Below are positions 27,799 to 38,304 of a stretch of 64,000 nt of DNA, piece after piece. The stretch lies in the IMG/VR virus record IMGVR_UViG_3300018080_000107, one strand, 5' to 3'. The notes under the pieces are model-generated. The model worked only from the letters and a program-made list of their open reading frames with translations. It was not told the origin of the DNA and ran no database searches. Numbering within the stretch: the first letter of the stretch is position 1; each line of letters begins with the position of its first letter. The position numbers and the translations under genes are program-made. Source of the DNA: a virus.

Positions 27799-30700
27799 CT
27801 ACTCGAATGAATCGTATGGTGTAAACAATGGCTTAAGAATAGTGACGTACCAGTCGTCATCCATGCCACGTGTCATAACTCCATAGTCGCCTTCGTAAAT
27901 AAGATCAGGATCAGCACCAACAAAGTATATCGTGTCTTGTTGTTCTGTGCCTGCTCCATATTGAATGTCTGGACGACCTACAACCGCCACCGTTCCGCCA
28001 GAACCATCTGACCCTGGAGGGGTTATTACTGTTACTGTTAGCGCCCCTACAACTGGAGGATTAACTATATAAAGAGTTCCGAGTGGGCTTCCATCACTGC
28101 TTGAGTGTGTTGTGCCAGGGCGCAATGAGCCTGGATCTTTGTCGTCAAATTCTCCGCCTGCTTCTGTGGCATCAGATGAAGAGTTCGCAGAAACACTTTT
28201 TACCATCTTGTTGTGTGAAATCGGAACAACCGAACCATCGCCATAACCTTGAGAAATAGCTTCTCTTGCTGAAGCAAATGGCACCTTAAAAAATTGATAG
28301 GTGTCTGTGTCGGTGTCGCTTGGGTGTGGCAGCGTTTTAACATTAGCGTAAACGTTGTCGCCATCTTCAACAATGTCACCGACAATTTCTACCATTCTTG
28401 CATCTTCAAGTGGCAGGCCGCCTGTAAAGTAAGAGTATATTGTTCCGTTAATATCTTCCTGATGATACAACGCTACTTGTCCCTTGCGAAGATATCCATC
28501 ATTACAAGGCGCAAAGCCTGTTTTACGCGACTCACTTCTTGCTGTCCCTGGTGCGTCTGGATTACCAACAACTACTTCGATCCATTGCCCATCTTGATAT
28601 ATGACACGAGTTTCTGATTGTGCCTCGCCAGTTGATCCATTAGCATATGGATCTTGATTTGTTGCAGATTGAGACAATTGATCGTCTACGGTTGCCCAAT
28701 TTGGAGGCCAAACATTTCCCTCATCGTCTTCGCCTTGATAAAATTCTTGTGTTCCGGCAGTTGCTCCACCATTTGGGTCTGCCACAGTTGCGTATCTTTT
28801 CCCTGTGATCCTAACTGCCTTAACGAAACTTTTGGATTCAACTTCTTCCTCTTCGTCATATTCTTCTGGATTGGTAGATGTCGTTCCCCAAACCATTTTA
28901 GGAACATTTTGTCGTTCTTCTGCTGCTCTCCAATGACTTGTTAAAATTCGCTGTGGCTCTAAATTAACTTCCATATCTGTATTCATACGAGACAAATTTG
29001 CAAAGTGTTGTATGCGATCTAATCTTGATCGGAATCTACTCCATTCAATTTTATTTGCACGCAATAATTCATTCAGTTGTGTTTTTGAATTATATCTACT
29101 TGTCATTCCATTAGACCCAATTGTAATAGATATCGAAGTAAATGGATATACTGGAATATGATCATCATTTGAGAAATTGGCGAAAAAGTTTATTTCTGGT
29201 AGGCCAGTCACTTCTGCCTCAAAGAAATGATCGATATCATCGTTACCCACCAATGCAAGGGTTTTCTCAAGCATTTCTTCAGTTGGGTTTTGTGGGTTTT
29301 GACGTGTCCAAGGTGCAAACTTATCATCAATTTCACCGTTATAAAATCCATCAGTTGTGCCGCTTGTTGCGCTACCGTCATCACCATATCGAATATTGTA
29401 CTGAACAGGAATAAAGAAATTTGAAATACCAGACATTGGTACAATTGTCATCTTAGGGTCATTATAGTCTCTTTCTGTCAAATACAACTGAAATGTGTCT
29501 TGAATAACTCCGCTACCAGAATTGATTGCTCCAGTTTGTTCAAATGATTGAAGCGTAGGAAGGTTGACCAACAAGGGATGATCTTCCACATCGTAAACAA
29601 CAATCTCTGGAAGTGTAACATAAATTCGAGTATCAGTAATACCAGGAAATACCCGGTCTTTGTCTTCTGTTGGTGAATGGAGGCTAACTGAAATCGGCAA
29701 ATAAATCTTGTCTGCGCTTTCATTCCATTCGGTGTATGCAACAGGTGTTGAGGTTCCATCAAGACCAAAGCCACGAACATCGTCTTTGCTAAATTCCACA
29801 AAGGCACTAATCTTGCCATGTTGATAAAATGGCGAGTATACGTCTGGAATATCTCTATTGTCTACATTGTCGTCAACCCATGCAGAATCTATAATCATAC
29901 ACTTCCGTAAAAAGTCTTGCGAAGGCGAACAGTAATATAACTTTCCATAGTATGTTCTTGCATGTCGTGACACTGCATCGTACCATTGAACAAGCCAGTT
30001 ACAATCAAGAGAACGTCTATTTTTGATAACCTTGCGCACGTCTGTACGACCACCACCAAAAGATAGTGCCGCCTCTACCGCGCTGCCTTCAATACCATAT
30101 GGATAAGGATCAATGCGTGATTCCATCCAGCCGCGAGGAAAATCATCACCAGATTGTTCAAACTCATACCGTTTATAATACACCCAATGTTCAATGCCTT
30201 TGATGGCCATTTTGAGTTCGTCATCAGTTGGTTTGTATCGTCGCAAAACTCCATTGTTGTCATGATACATGATCTCGATGTCGTTCCAACAAGGAATAAG
30301 TTCATCGGTTCCAACACTGACTAAGTTTTGATACTCAACTACATTTGAAATGGTTCCAACTCCACCTTGCTTTTTGGCTCCAAGAATTGTGTAGGATGTT
30401 GGCCGATCTGATTGATCATATCCATCTCTTGTATTGATTTTGTATTTGTCATCAAGAAATGCTTGTGCAACTTCTACAGATTGACTTCTATCGATTAACC
30501 TAATCTCATCATTGTAGTAATAAACATCATAGCCACAATCGTCAAAAATTTGCAACAGTGCGTCAAACAGTGGCGTTAAGCTAAACGGCCATCTATAAGC
30601 TTCATGATTCCCCAAGCGATTAGCAATGACACTTGGACTTGGTAGTTTAACAATACCTCTATTAATAACCGCGTTATAAATTTCACTGTATGTTGCTCCA

Positions 30701-31182
30701 TAATTAGTCATTAACCAAAGTGGTGAATTTACAGAATACAATGTTCCACCAGTTTCAAGTTCTTTCGGGACTACAATTACATTTGATAGATTGCTATCTA
30801 ATAGTGGTTCAGTATGAATCAAATATTTGTTTAGGTCGATCTGTCTGCCATCTTGACAAGACACTCGTGTTACAAATCCAGCGGAACTTATGCTGCTATC
30901 AACATGTGTAACATACCCGTAAAATCTCATTGATCCAATTTTTAATGCACAGGTTTCACCAATTCTGTCTTGGGAGACTGGAATTTGATCTTTAGCCACA
31001 ATAGTTAGCTCAACTGAATGTGGTGTAGAGTTAAACCCAAAAGAAGCATTAATATCTTGAATCCAAACTTGACCAAACGAATCCTGCAGGCCAAGATTGA
31101 CATTGACAGCATCTGTATCATTGAACAATAGCTCGGATTCAGCTATTCCAGAAACATATATATAAGGACTATCTAGTGGCAT
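27799..31182 (-). CDS. Putative baseplate hub / central tail-tip protein
   Basis: The N-terminus resembles a hub (FYGYVT.V, V.CQDGR, I.D.CGYD.YY..D.I.LIDR); 1127 aa. Confidence 0.6.
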   Translation of the reverse strand: MPLDSPYIYVSGIAESELLFNDTDAVNVNLGLQDSFGQVWIQDINASFGFNSTPHSVELTIVAKDQIPVSQDRIGETCALKIGSMRFYGYVTHVDSSISSAGFVTRVSCQDGRQIDLNKYLIHTEPLLDSNLSNVIVVPKELETGGTLYSVNSPLWLMTNYGATYSEIYNAVINRGIVKLPSPSVIANRLGNHEAYRWPFSLTPLFDALLQIFDDCGYDVYYYNDEIRLIDRSQSVEVAQAFLDDKYKINTRDGYDQSDRPTSYTILGAKKQGGVGTISNVVEYQNLVSVGTDELIPCWNDIEIMYHDNNGVLRRYKPTDDELKMAIKGIEHWVYYKRYEFEQSGDDFPRGWMESRIDPYPYGIEGSAVEAALSFGGGRTDVRKVIKNRRSLDCNWLVQWYDAVSRHARTYYGKLYYCSPSQDFLRKCMIIDSAWVDDNVDNRDIPDVYSPFYQHGKISAFVEFSKDDVRGFGLDGTSTPVAYTEWNESADKIYLPISVSLHSPTEDKDRVFPGITDTRIYVTLPEIVVYDVEDHPLLVNLPTLQSFEQTGAINSGSGVIQDTFQLYLTERDYNDPKMTIVPMSGISNFFIPVQYNIRYGDDGSATSGTTDGFYNGEIDDKFAPWTRQNPQNPTEEMLEKTLALVGNDDIDHFFEAEVTGLPEINFFANFSNDDHIPVYPFTSISITIGSNGMTSRYNSKTQLNELLRANKIEWSRFRSRLDRIQHFANLSRMNTDMEVNLEPQRILTSHWRAAEERQNVPKMVWGTTSTNPEEYDEEEEVESKSFVKAVRITGKRYATVADPNGGATAGTQEFYQGEDDEGNVWPPNWATVDDQLSQSATNQDPYANGSTGEAQSETRVIYQDGQWIEVVVGNPDAPGTARSESRKTGFAPCNDGYLRKGQVALYHQEDINGTIYSYFTGGLPLEDARMVEIVGDIVEDGDNVYANVKTLPHPSDTDTDTYQFFKVPFASAREAISQGYGDGSVVPISHNKMVKSVSANSSSDATEAGGEFDDKDPGSLRPGTTHSSSDGSPLGTLYIVNPPVVGALTVTVITPPGSDGSGGTVAVVGRPDIQYGAGTEQQDTIYFVGADPDLIYEGDYGVMTRGMDDDWYVTILKPLFTPYDSFE

Positions 31183-31211
31183 GTTATTCTCCTTACCTTA
31201 CCTTTGCCTTA

Positions 31212-31223
31212 CTATATAATACG
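31212..31223 (-). promoter_or_regulatory. Late promoter-like motif CGTATTATATAG
   Basis: CGTATWATR copy in an intergenic gap. Confidence 0.65.
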
Positions 31224-31228
31224 TCATT

Positions 31229-34039
31229 TTATCTATTGTACCCTATTCTAAGTGTATCTACGACTGGGACTCCACGAGAGTCTACCAATCTTATGTATGG
31301 TATGTAATCACCGGCCATTACGTACTGCGCAGATGTCGCCAATGCGTTATTAAACTGTGTAAGGCCGTTGCCATAATCCCAATAAATAGTGTGACTTCCG
31401 ACTATTCCAGAAGTTTCTGCTATAAAATCAACATACAGCGAAGGTGGCAACAATCCTTCTCTTGGTGTTCCAGAAAGACTTATTGCTGGATAATCTCCAG
31501 AAGCCAATGCTGCAATTGTATCGTCAGATCCGGCTATTCCCAATTTGTCATAACCCATAACAATTGGGCGGTATACGCCACTAACTGTGTACGTATGTGA
31601 AGCTGAGAATATATATCCACTTGTAGCGACATTGGAAAGTCGTGTCGTTTCTCCATCCGTCCAAATAAATGTCGCTTTTTCAATTCCACTACCAAGAATA
31701 TTATTATTGATATCAAAAGCATGTCCAGATGCTGTAATATTAACTGTCCAGGGACCAGTCCCTGTAATATCAGTATCTATAATAGTCACACTTGGATTTC
31801 TTTTAATTTTTATTATTTCCATTAAAGCGTCAAAGCGATCATCATCAACTTTATCTATTGTCAATTTAGCATCAAATTGATCTTCGTTAATTGCATATAT
31901 AGATAATTGTGAGTTAGTTCCAAATTCTTGACGATAAACTTGAAAATCTACACCCTTGCTGAGAGCCCGTGTAAGCGCCTCTACAATCGAATTGCCCTCA
32001 ATGCTCCACGTACCTATGGTAAACCCTCCAACGTGCTCCTCTTCGCTTCCAGCGGCTGCAAACGCTACGCCACCCATCATGCCAGAAGCATCATGCTTTC
32101 TAAGCGCATCTACATACCCACCAATGCCAACAAAGTCATAGGCGGCATCACCTAACATATATCCGCCAATATCTCCAGTTACAGATGGGGCCTCAGCGAG
32201 TGTTGCGCCACCAATGTCTCCAGAAGACGATGGTGCATCGGAATACATGATTCCACCAACAGCATTATTTTGACCACCCTTGATACCTTCTACCCAACAT
32301 CCAATAAAACCAGATACTGGCATTGGGGCATATACATATCCACCGACGTTAATATTTTGACTGCCAAAAACACCTTCAGCCCAACCACCAATAGAGCCTG
32401 AAGTTTCTCCATGCACAGCTTCAGATATTCCGCCGATAGAACCAGATGTTTGAGCATGACTTAATATATATCCACCAATATTACTTGAATTTTCTACAGT
32501 TGCATATCCTTCAAGATAGTCAAGCTTAATCATATACTCGTTTGTAACAAAGTCTGGTGGACAAATGTTTCCACTTGCTTGACCAACAGCAGCAAAGAAT
32601 GGAAATGTCGAAAAACGAAATTGTTCAAAGTATGCCTTTGTGTAATAATCAGGAGAAATAGTATTCCCGCCGCAAAATCTGCACGTCCCAGGTTGATTTG
32701 TCGAATGGTACGCCAATGTGCTACTTATTGCATTTCCGGCCTTTTTGAAAACACCGTTGATGTAAGCTACTATTGTGCTCTCCCCGCCAAGTCCGTCCAT
32801 GTATGCTATTCTTACATGATTCCAGTTATTTGTTTTCCAGGTGGAGTCGATAGGGATTGTTACATCTTCTACCTCATTGCCTGGTCCATTCCAATAATAA
32901 AGCACTTGTAAATCTGGCGACACACCAGAAGAATATTGCACAACTAATTCATCACTTGATTCATCAAATTTTTTCGAGAAGAGTCTACCAGAAGGTTGAC
33001 TGCCCACATCGCGCACCCAAAAATCAATACACCAATTTCCACTTGGGATTGTCCAATTTTCACCAGTGGCTTCAATGTAAGAATATTGATCTGGATCATA
33101 GCTTGCGTCTACGCCATGAACATGAATCGCAGCATCCAGTTTGGCAAAGTATGGATATGTGCCACTACCATGAGCGTCTAAATCAACCCACCCTTTATCA
33201 AGTGAATTGTCTTCATTTTCTGATGTCGCCGCATTCCATGTATTATTTGCTTGTCCTGTTGTGCGCTCAGTCTTGTCATAAAAATCATACCAATTTCCAA
33301 CAGCAGGATCATCATTGAGTAGATATAAAAATCTATCATAAAATCCAGACGTTGCACCATTTGGATTGTAGCCAGATGCAGGTGTGTACGGAGCCTGTGG
33401 AAAATTGTAGTTGGTATATGTGCCACTTGGCGGATTTAAAGTTTCCCCACTTGGATTGCCGAAATAAATATAGTATCCCCAACCAATATTGCCAAGTTGT
33501 TTGCTTATGTCTATTCCAACAGGAATGTCATTTACAACCTGAAAGTATATTTTGTGTTGATTTTTTAGTTCAGTTATCTTATATGGAAGATTCCAATGTC
33601 GATAAGAAGCACCAACGCCACTTGTGAATATAATTCTAACATCTTCAAAGCTATCACCTTGAATATACCCAAGTGCTTTTAGGTTTTGTAGATCAACGGT
33701 AAAGCCGAGATAATTGATACCTGATGTGTATGGACCACAAATTGCGTTGTCTTTATTTTCGGTTTGGATATCATCGTGATCTGGCTTTCTATCTGGATAA
33801 CCAAGGGGTGTCGCAAGCATTTGTCTAAATGCCCAGCGAGTATCCCACCAATCTCCAGCCTCACCAGAATACTCAAGGTCCATAGTCACTGGCCAAATCA
33901 AAGACTCGCCAACGTTGTACGGACGAATATGCACTGTGATTGGAGAGTGAGAATCACCCACTTCATAACGGCCTAAAGCCGGAAAGATCAGCACACTTTC
34001 GAATGGTGCGCCTAATACTCCACTCTCACCTATTGGCAT
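31229..34039 (-). CDS. Virion protein: DUF2341-like, LamG-like, Gly-rich repeat and PKD-like domains; paralog of 35565-37859
   Basis: WW...W..R, D.RII, YYIYFGNP; IDFWV, W.HV, YING; HTY..SGVY, YWDYGNG; ends DTLRIGYNR; 25 SG dipeptides. Confidence 0.7.
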   Translation of the reverse strand: MPIGESGVLGAPFESVLIFPALGRYEVGDSHSPITVHIRPYNVGESLIWPVTMDLEYSGEAGDWWDTRWAFRQMLATPLGYPDRKPDHDDIQTENKDNAICGPYTSGINYLGFTVDLQNLKALGYIQGDSFEDVRIIFTSGVGASYRHWNLPYKITELKNQHKIYFQVVNDIPVGIDISKQLGNIGWGYYIYFGNPSGETLNPPSGTYTNYNFPQAPYTPASGYNPNGATSGFYDRFLYLLNDDPAVGNWYDFYDKTERTTGQANNTWNAATSENEDNSLDKGWVDLDAHGSGTYPYFAKLDAAIHVHGVDASYDPDQYSYIEATGENWTIPSGNWCIDFWVRDVGSQPSGRLFSKKFDESSDELVVQYSSGVSPDLQVLYYWNGPGNEVEDVTIPIDSTWKTNNWNHVRIAYMDGLGGESTIVAYINGVFKKAGNAISSTLAYHSTNQPGTCRFCGGNTISPDYYTKAYFEQFRFSTFPFFAAVGQASGNICPPDFVTNEYMIKLDYLEGYATVENSSNIGGYILSHAQTSGSIGGISEAVHGETSGSIGGWAEGVFGSQNINVGGYVYAPMPVSGFIGCWVEGIKGGQNNAVGGIMYSDAPSSSGDIGGATLAEAPSVTGDIGGYMLGDAAYDFVGIGGYVDALRKHDASGMMGGVAFAAAGSEEEHVGGFTIGTWSIEGNSIVEALTRALSKGVDFQVYRQEFGTNSQLSIYAINEDQFDAKLTIDKVDDDRFDALMEIIKIKRNPSVTIIDTDITGTGPWTVNITASGHAFDINNNILGSGIEKATFIWTDGETTRLSNVATSGYIFSASHTYTVSGVYRPIVMGYDKLGIAGSDDTIAALASGDYPAISLSGTPREGLLPPSLYVDFIAETSGIVGSHTIYWDYGNGLTQFNNALATSAQYVMAGDYIPYIRLVDSRGVPVVDTLRIGYNR

Positions 34040-34053
34040 ACCTTACCTCTACC

Positions 34054-35556
34054 TTATAGTTCGGTGTTATAACCATGCATTCTAAACATGACACCATTAT
34101 GTTCTCCTACGCCTAAATCAGTTGCCCAATCCCATACAAACTGATATCCACTTCCAGGAGGACTTGTTAAAACATCATCCATTCCAAGTGCTGTTGTGTT
34201 GTCTCCTTCTCCAGCTTTTCTGGTTGCTACATTCCATGTTGCTCCACCATCAGTAGAGTATTCTGGAACAACTGTTACGCCAGATCCAATTGCTTCTCTA
34301 TAAATCGCATAATCAAAAGTAATTTTTGTTCCGTCTATTGTGTATGTTCCACTGGATTCAACGTCTGGTGCATCTGGACTAAAATATTGATATCCTAATT
34401 GTCCATAGCCACCACCTCCACCAAGGCCGCTTAGTGCTGTGCCATATGGATTGGGTGCTCCAGCAAAAGTATATTCTGATCCAGTATCGGTAGTTTTATT
34501 GACAAAGAAAAGTCTATGCTCGCCATTCGGATCAACACATCCCTTAATGTGATGATAGGCAGAACTAATAGCAGATGGTAAATATTCTGTTACATTAGTC
34601 CAATCAACAGAATTTGTACTTTTCAACATTACAACGCCGCTTGCACTTGCTCCAACTCCACTTGCGTTTAGAAATGCATATAGCGAGCCTTCATGATTGC
34701 AAATATAACATCCATGACCAGCTACTTCTCCAGCATCTGCATTAACGGTAGATCCAAACCATCCATCATAAATATTTGGTACAGTATCTGTTAGGTCTGC
34801 AATTTCGGTTGCTTGTGCAGATTCTACATCCAAAAGTTTCCCGTCTGCTCCAAGACACAAAAGACCGTTCGTAGTGCCTTCGTTAAACTGGACAAAACTT
34901 CTGGCGCATCCTTGATCAACTTCTGGATTGCCAGCAGCACCAGTTTCTGGAATTACCCAAACTTGTGTTAAGACTCCTGTTGGTGGAACCATTTTAACAA
35001 TGAAATGTTCCGAACAAACATAAATTGCTCCTTTGTGAGCAACCGCATCACACAGAAACGCACAACACTGCATACTTGTACTATAGGTTCTATCGAATTC
35101 CAACGCCCATTGATTTGTTGCCCCAGTGTCAGTTAAAGTAGTGTCCTCTCCTGTAAAATATCCATAACGAACCGTATTGTAATTTGTAGCTCCCGTTACA
35201 TTTTCATTTTCCATATAAAAAACATAACAATTATTGCCATATGGTAAAAATAACGGCTGAGATGTTGGACGACTAGTAACTGCTTTAGTCATACTTCCTG
35301 TAAGAACAGTCCAAGTTTCTGATTCACTATTCCATCTACTAGCCTGCCACACTCTCCAACTTGTCATTGTCGTAGTCCATAGGCGTCCTTTAAACCAAGC
35401 ACAAGGCTTGTGATAGATACGAGCATCGTGTGCATAATATTGATCGGTGTAATATCCACCCGCATATGTTGTTTTTGGCAATTGTGCTCCTGGTGTTCCA
35501 CGATAAATTGGAACCGCATCACCGTGCTTGTACATTATAATATTCTGAACACTCAT
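34054..35556 (-). CDS. Virion protein, beta-propeller-like plus C-terminal beta-sandwich; paralog of 39714-41642 and 41646-43943
   Basis: HKGAIYV and HEGSLYAF blades; EYSTDGGATW...F.WD...FR C-terminus. Confidence 0.6.
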   Translation of the reverse strand: MSVQNIIMYKHGDAVPIYRGTPGAQLPKTTYAGGYYTDQYYAHDARIYHKPCAWFKGRLWTTTMTSWRVWQASRWNSESETWTVLTGSMTKAVTSRPTSQPLFLPYGNNCYVFYMENENVTGATNYNTVRYGYFTGEDTTLTDTGATNQWALEFDRTYSTSMQCCAFLCDAVAHKGAIYVCSEHFIVKMVPPTGVLTQVWVIPETGAAGNPEVDQGCARSFVQFNEGTTNGLLCLGADGKLLDVESAQATEIADLTDTVPNIYDGWFGSTVNADAGEVAGHGCYICNHEGSLYAFLNASGVGASASGVVMLKSTNSVDWTNVTEYLPSAISSAYHHIKGCVDPNGEHRLFFVNKTTDTGSEYTFAGAPNPYGTALSGLGGGGGYGQLGYQYFSPDAPDVESSGTYTIDGTKITFDYAIYREAIGSGVTVVPEYSTDGGATWNVATRKAGEGDNTTALGMDDVLTSPPGSGYQFVWDWATDLGVGEHNGVMFRMHGYNTEL

Positions 35557-35564
35557 TGTTACTC

Positions 35565-37859
35565 CTACCTATTGTATCCTATTTTCAAAGTATCACAAAC
35601 ATAGATACCTCTTGAATCCTCAAGTCTTATCCAAGGTGTATAATTGCCTGGCATTGCATAGTATGCGATTTGTGCAACAGCATTGTTGTATTGTGTAATT
35701 CCATTTCCATAGTCCCAATATAGTGTATGTGATCCAACAACACCAGATGTAGCAGCAGTCAAATCAACCGCTAACTGATTAGGAACATATCCAGTGCGTG
35801 GTAGCCCACTTAATGATACTCCAGGAATTTCATCAAGGGTTAATCCAGAAGCCAAATTCAAATCAGCATTTGCACTTCCTGCACGACCATAGCTATCCTT
35901 AACAATAACAATTGGTTTATAAACTCCACTATGAGAATAGGTATGTGTTGCGCTCCACACGTCTCCACTTGTAACAGGATTTGTGATATCAGTATAATCG
36001 TTATCTCCCCAAATTATTGTTACAGAATGAATGCCACTGCTATATGGTTGATTTTGATTACTATATGCTCTACCCGAAGCAGCTATTGTATAGGTAGCTG
36101 GCAAATTATAGCCGTCATAATCACTTGTCTCTTCGATAATCTCCACATATGGATTTAATTGAATCTTTGTTATGTTCATTCTTCCGTCGAAAAGCTCATG
36201 ATTTTCTGATTGAACAGTTACTGTTGCATCAAACTCGTCTGTAGCTTGTCCGTATAAGGTCAACAATGAATTTGCTCCAAATGCTTGATCTGGCACAATT
36301 TCATTATTTGCTTTTATCAATCCTCTATTTAGACTTTCAATTGAGTGTAAATCAATATCACCATAACTTCCAAGGCTAATACCACCAAATGTTCCGCTCG
36401 CTTCAGCTAAACAAAATGCAATACCACCCATAAATCCAGATTGAACGGGACTAAGAGCCCATACATGTCCACCAACAGAATTGTCTTGACCCATACGTCC
36501 AAGCACATAGGCTCCAACAAATCCAGACTGTTCTGAATACGGAGATTCAGACAAAACTGCGCCGCCAACTATTCCTGATTGTTGATTGTATAAAGTTGTT
36601 GTTCCAAGATATCCAATATATTGATTGTCTATCCAATCTGGTCTACACATATATAATTCATCTGCGCCCGTACCACTAATAGCAGGCAACACAAAGGTAC
36701 TATATCTAAATTGCTCCAGGTATCCCTTAAAGAATGTTCCAGCATTATTAAATGCTGTATTGTCGGCCAATCTTCCAAGCCAACAAGAAGTAGGATCGCC
36801 TGCAAAAAACGTCGTATCTTCTGCAACATTATTTGTGTTGTCACTAATAGAAAGCGCATTGACCAATTCGCCATCCATATAAATATGAATTTTGCTATGT
36901 AGATATCCTCCACCAGTTCGATATGACATTCTAAAATGACGCCATGTCTGCATTGGAATATAGCCAGTATTGACTTGTTGTCTTAATTCACGTTGTGACG
37001 TAAACAAACAGTTTGCTTCTGTTCTGTAGCTACCAACACCAGCAAGTGAGTGACCCCACCAAACGTAAACCATTTTTTCTTGTTCTGCGACTGGAGTAGC
37101 TTGTTTCAATTTACAAAATATATTATGTGTTGGATAAAAAACAGAACCATGAGGCATTGGGTAAACCCAAAAATCTACAGACCAATTGCCTGAAGGATGG
37201 CCCCAGTGATTATGTTCATTCTGTGGAATTTCAATAAAAGAACCACTAACCTCACTTGTATAAGTTGGATCAAAATATGTTGATTGGTCTAATATGCCAG
37301 AATGTCCTGGCTGGATGTTTTGATGATGACGACTTATACCACTGCCATGATTAGTGCAGTCCTCAAATATTCCATTGTGGCTTGCTGGTGAATCAGATAG
37401 CCTAAGAAAGTGTTTGTCAAGATAAGTTCCATACGCAGTTTCATGTCCGCTTGGGTGGCAGCTATATGGTGCCTTTGGAAAGTTAATATTCAAATAATCA
37501 TCTGATTGTTCGGAGGTATATGAAGCACCGTTGCCATAATACAAATAGTAAATACCGTTATCTGGATGAGAAATATTTTCATTCGCCCCAGCGTCATGTT
37601 GTATCGCAAAGAAAACTCTATTTGGAGTTGGTCCGTCAGCTACATAAAGCGGCACATTAATATTGTGCGTAGGTTTTTGACAGACAACCCTCAAATCTGC
37701 GTAATCTGATCTTAACAATTCTTGACTAATCAAAGTTGCTAAATCAGCATCCAATCTGACAAAGTGTACTCCGCTCTGGTGTGGAGAACCATTAAGCGGT
37801 GTATTTATTACACTTCTACCTTGCCAATCTGTATTCCACCAAGCATTTAAGTCAGCCAT
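35565..37859 (-). CDS. Virion protein: DUF2341-like, LamG-like, Gly-rich repeat and PKD-like domains
   Basis: AWWN.DW..R, DY.DLRVV, YYLYYGN; VDFWVYP, IYMDG; WGD, HTY.HSGVY; ends DTLKIGYNR; 18 SG dipeptides. Confidence 0.7.
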   Translation of the reverse strand: MADLNAWWNTDWQGRSVINTPLNGSPHQSGVHFVRLDADLATLISQELLRSDYADLRVVCQKPTHNINVPLYVADGPTPNRVFFAIQHDAGANENISHPDNGIYYLYYGNGASYTSEQSDDYLNINFPKAPYSCHPSGHETAYGTYLDKHFLRLSDSPASHNGIFEDCTNHGSGISRHHQNIQPGHSGILDQSTYFDPTYTSEVSGSFIEIPQNEHNHWGHPSGNWSVDFWVYPMPHGSVFYPTHNIFCKLKQATPVAEQEKMVYVWWGHSLAGVGSYRTEANCLFTSQRELRQQVNTGYIPMQTWRHFRMSYRTGGGYLHSKIHIYMDGELVNALSISDNTNNVAEDTTFFAGDPTSCWLGRLADNTAFNNAGTFFKGYLEQFRYSTFVLPAISGTGADELYMCRPDWIDNQYIGYLGTTTLYNQQSGIVGGAVLSESPYSEQSGFVGAYVLGRMGQDNSVGGHVWALSPVQSGFMGGIAFCLAEASGTFGGISLGSYGDIDLHSIESLNRGLIKANNEIVPDQAFGANSLLTLYGQATDEFDATVTVQSENHELFDGRMNITKIQLNPYVEIIEETSDYDGYNLPATYTIAASGRAYSNQNQPYSSGIHSVTIIWGDNDYTDITNPVTSGDVWSATHTYSHSGVYKPIVIVKDSYGRAGSANADLNLASGLTLDEIPGVSLSGLPRTGYVPNQLAVDLTAATSGVVGSHTLYWDYGNGITQYNNAVAQIAYYAMPGNYTPWIRLEDSRGIYVCDTLKIGYNR

Positions 37860-38296
37860 TTATGTTCGCCAGTAATAATATCTATAATCAATTTCGCAAC
37901 CCGTTTTCCATTTTCTATGTATCCTACACTAACGAAATTGTTGGCTCCCTGTGCAATTTTATGAGTAGTGACAAGATACTCAGGATGTCCATCTAGTCTC
38001 AAATGTTCGGTTATATATACCCGTGCCTTGTCTTTTAATCCCATTGGATTTCTTACTCTAAATCGATGTCTCGATTCTCCGAAAGCATATCCTATTGCTG
38101 CGTCCTCACCTTCCATATTGCCTATTGTTTCTATCATTCCAGTAGTCGCTGTGAAAAAAACAAGAGGCTCGGTGCCTTTTGGAAGTTTGACCTGGAATTT
38201 TTTTTCTTCATTCGTCAATGTAGCTATTAAGTTTGTAATATGCAAATAGTCTACACCTTCGATTCGCTCAACATGAGTAGAAAAAGTCTTGTTCAT
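37847..38296 (-). CDS. Hypothetical protein (basic, no SG; possibly an assembly chaperone)
   Basis: GGAGG RBS; composition unlike its neighbours. Confidence 0.6.
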   Translation of the reverse strand: MNKTFSTHVERIEGVDYLHITNLIATLTNEEKKFQVKLPKGTEPLVFFTATTGMIETIGNMEGEDAAIGYAFGESRHRFRVRNPMGLKDKARVYITEHLRLDGHPEYLVTTHKIAQGANNFVSVGYIENGKRVAKLIIDIITGEHKWLT

Positions 38297-38304
38297 ACGT
38301 CCTC

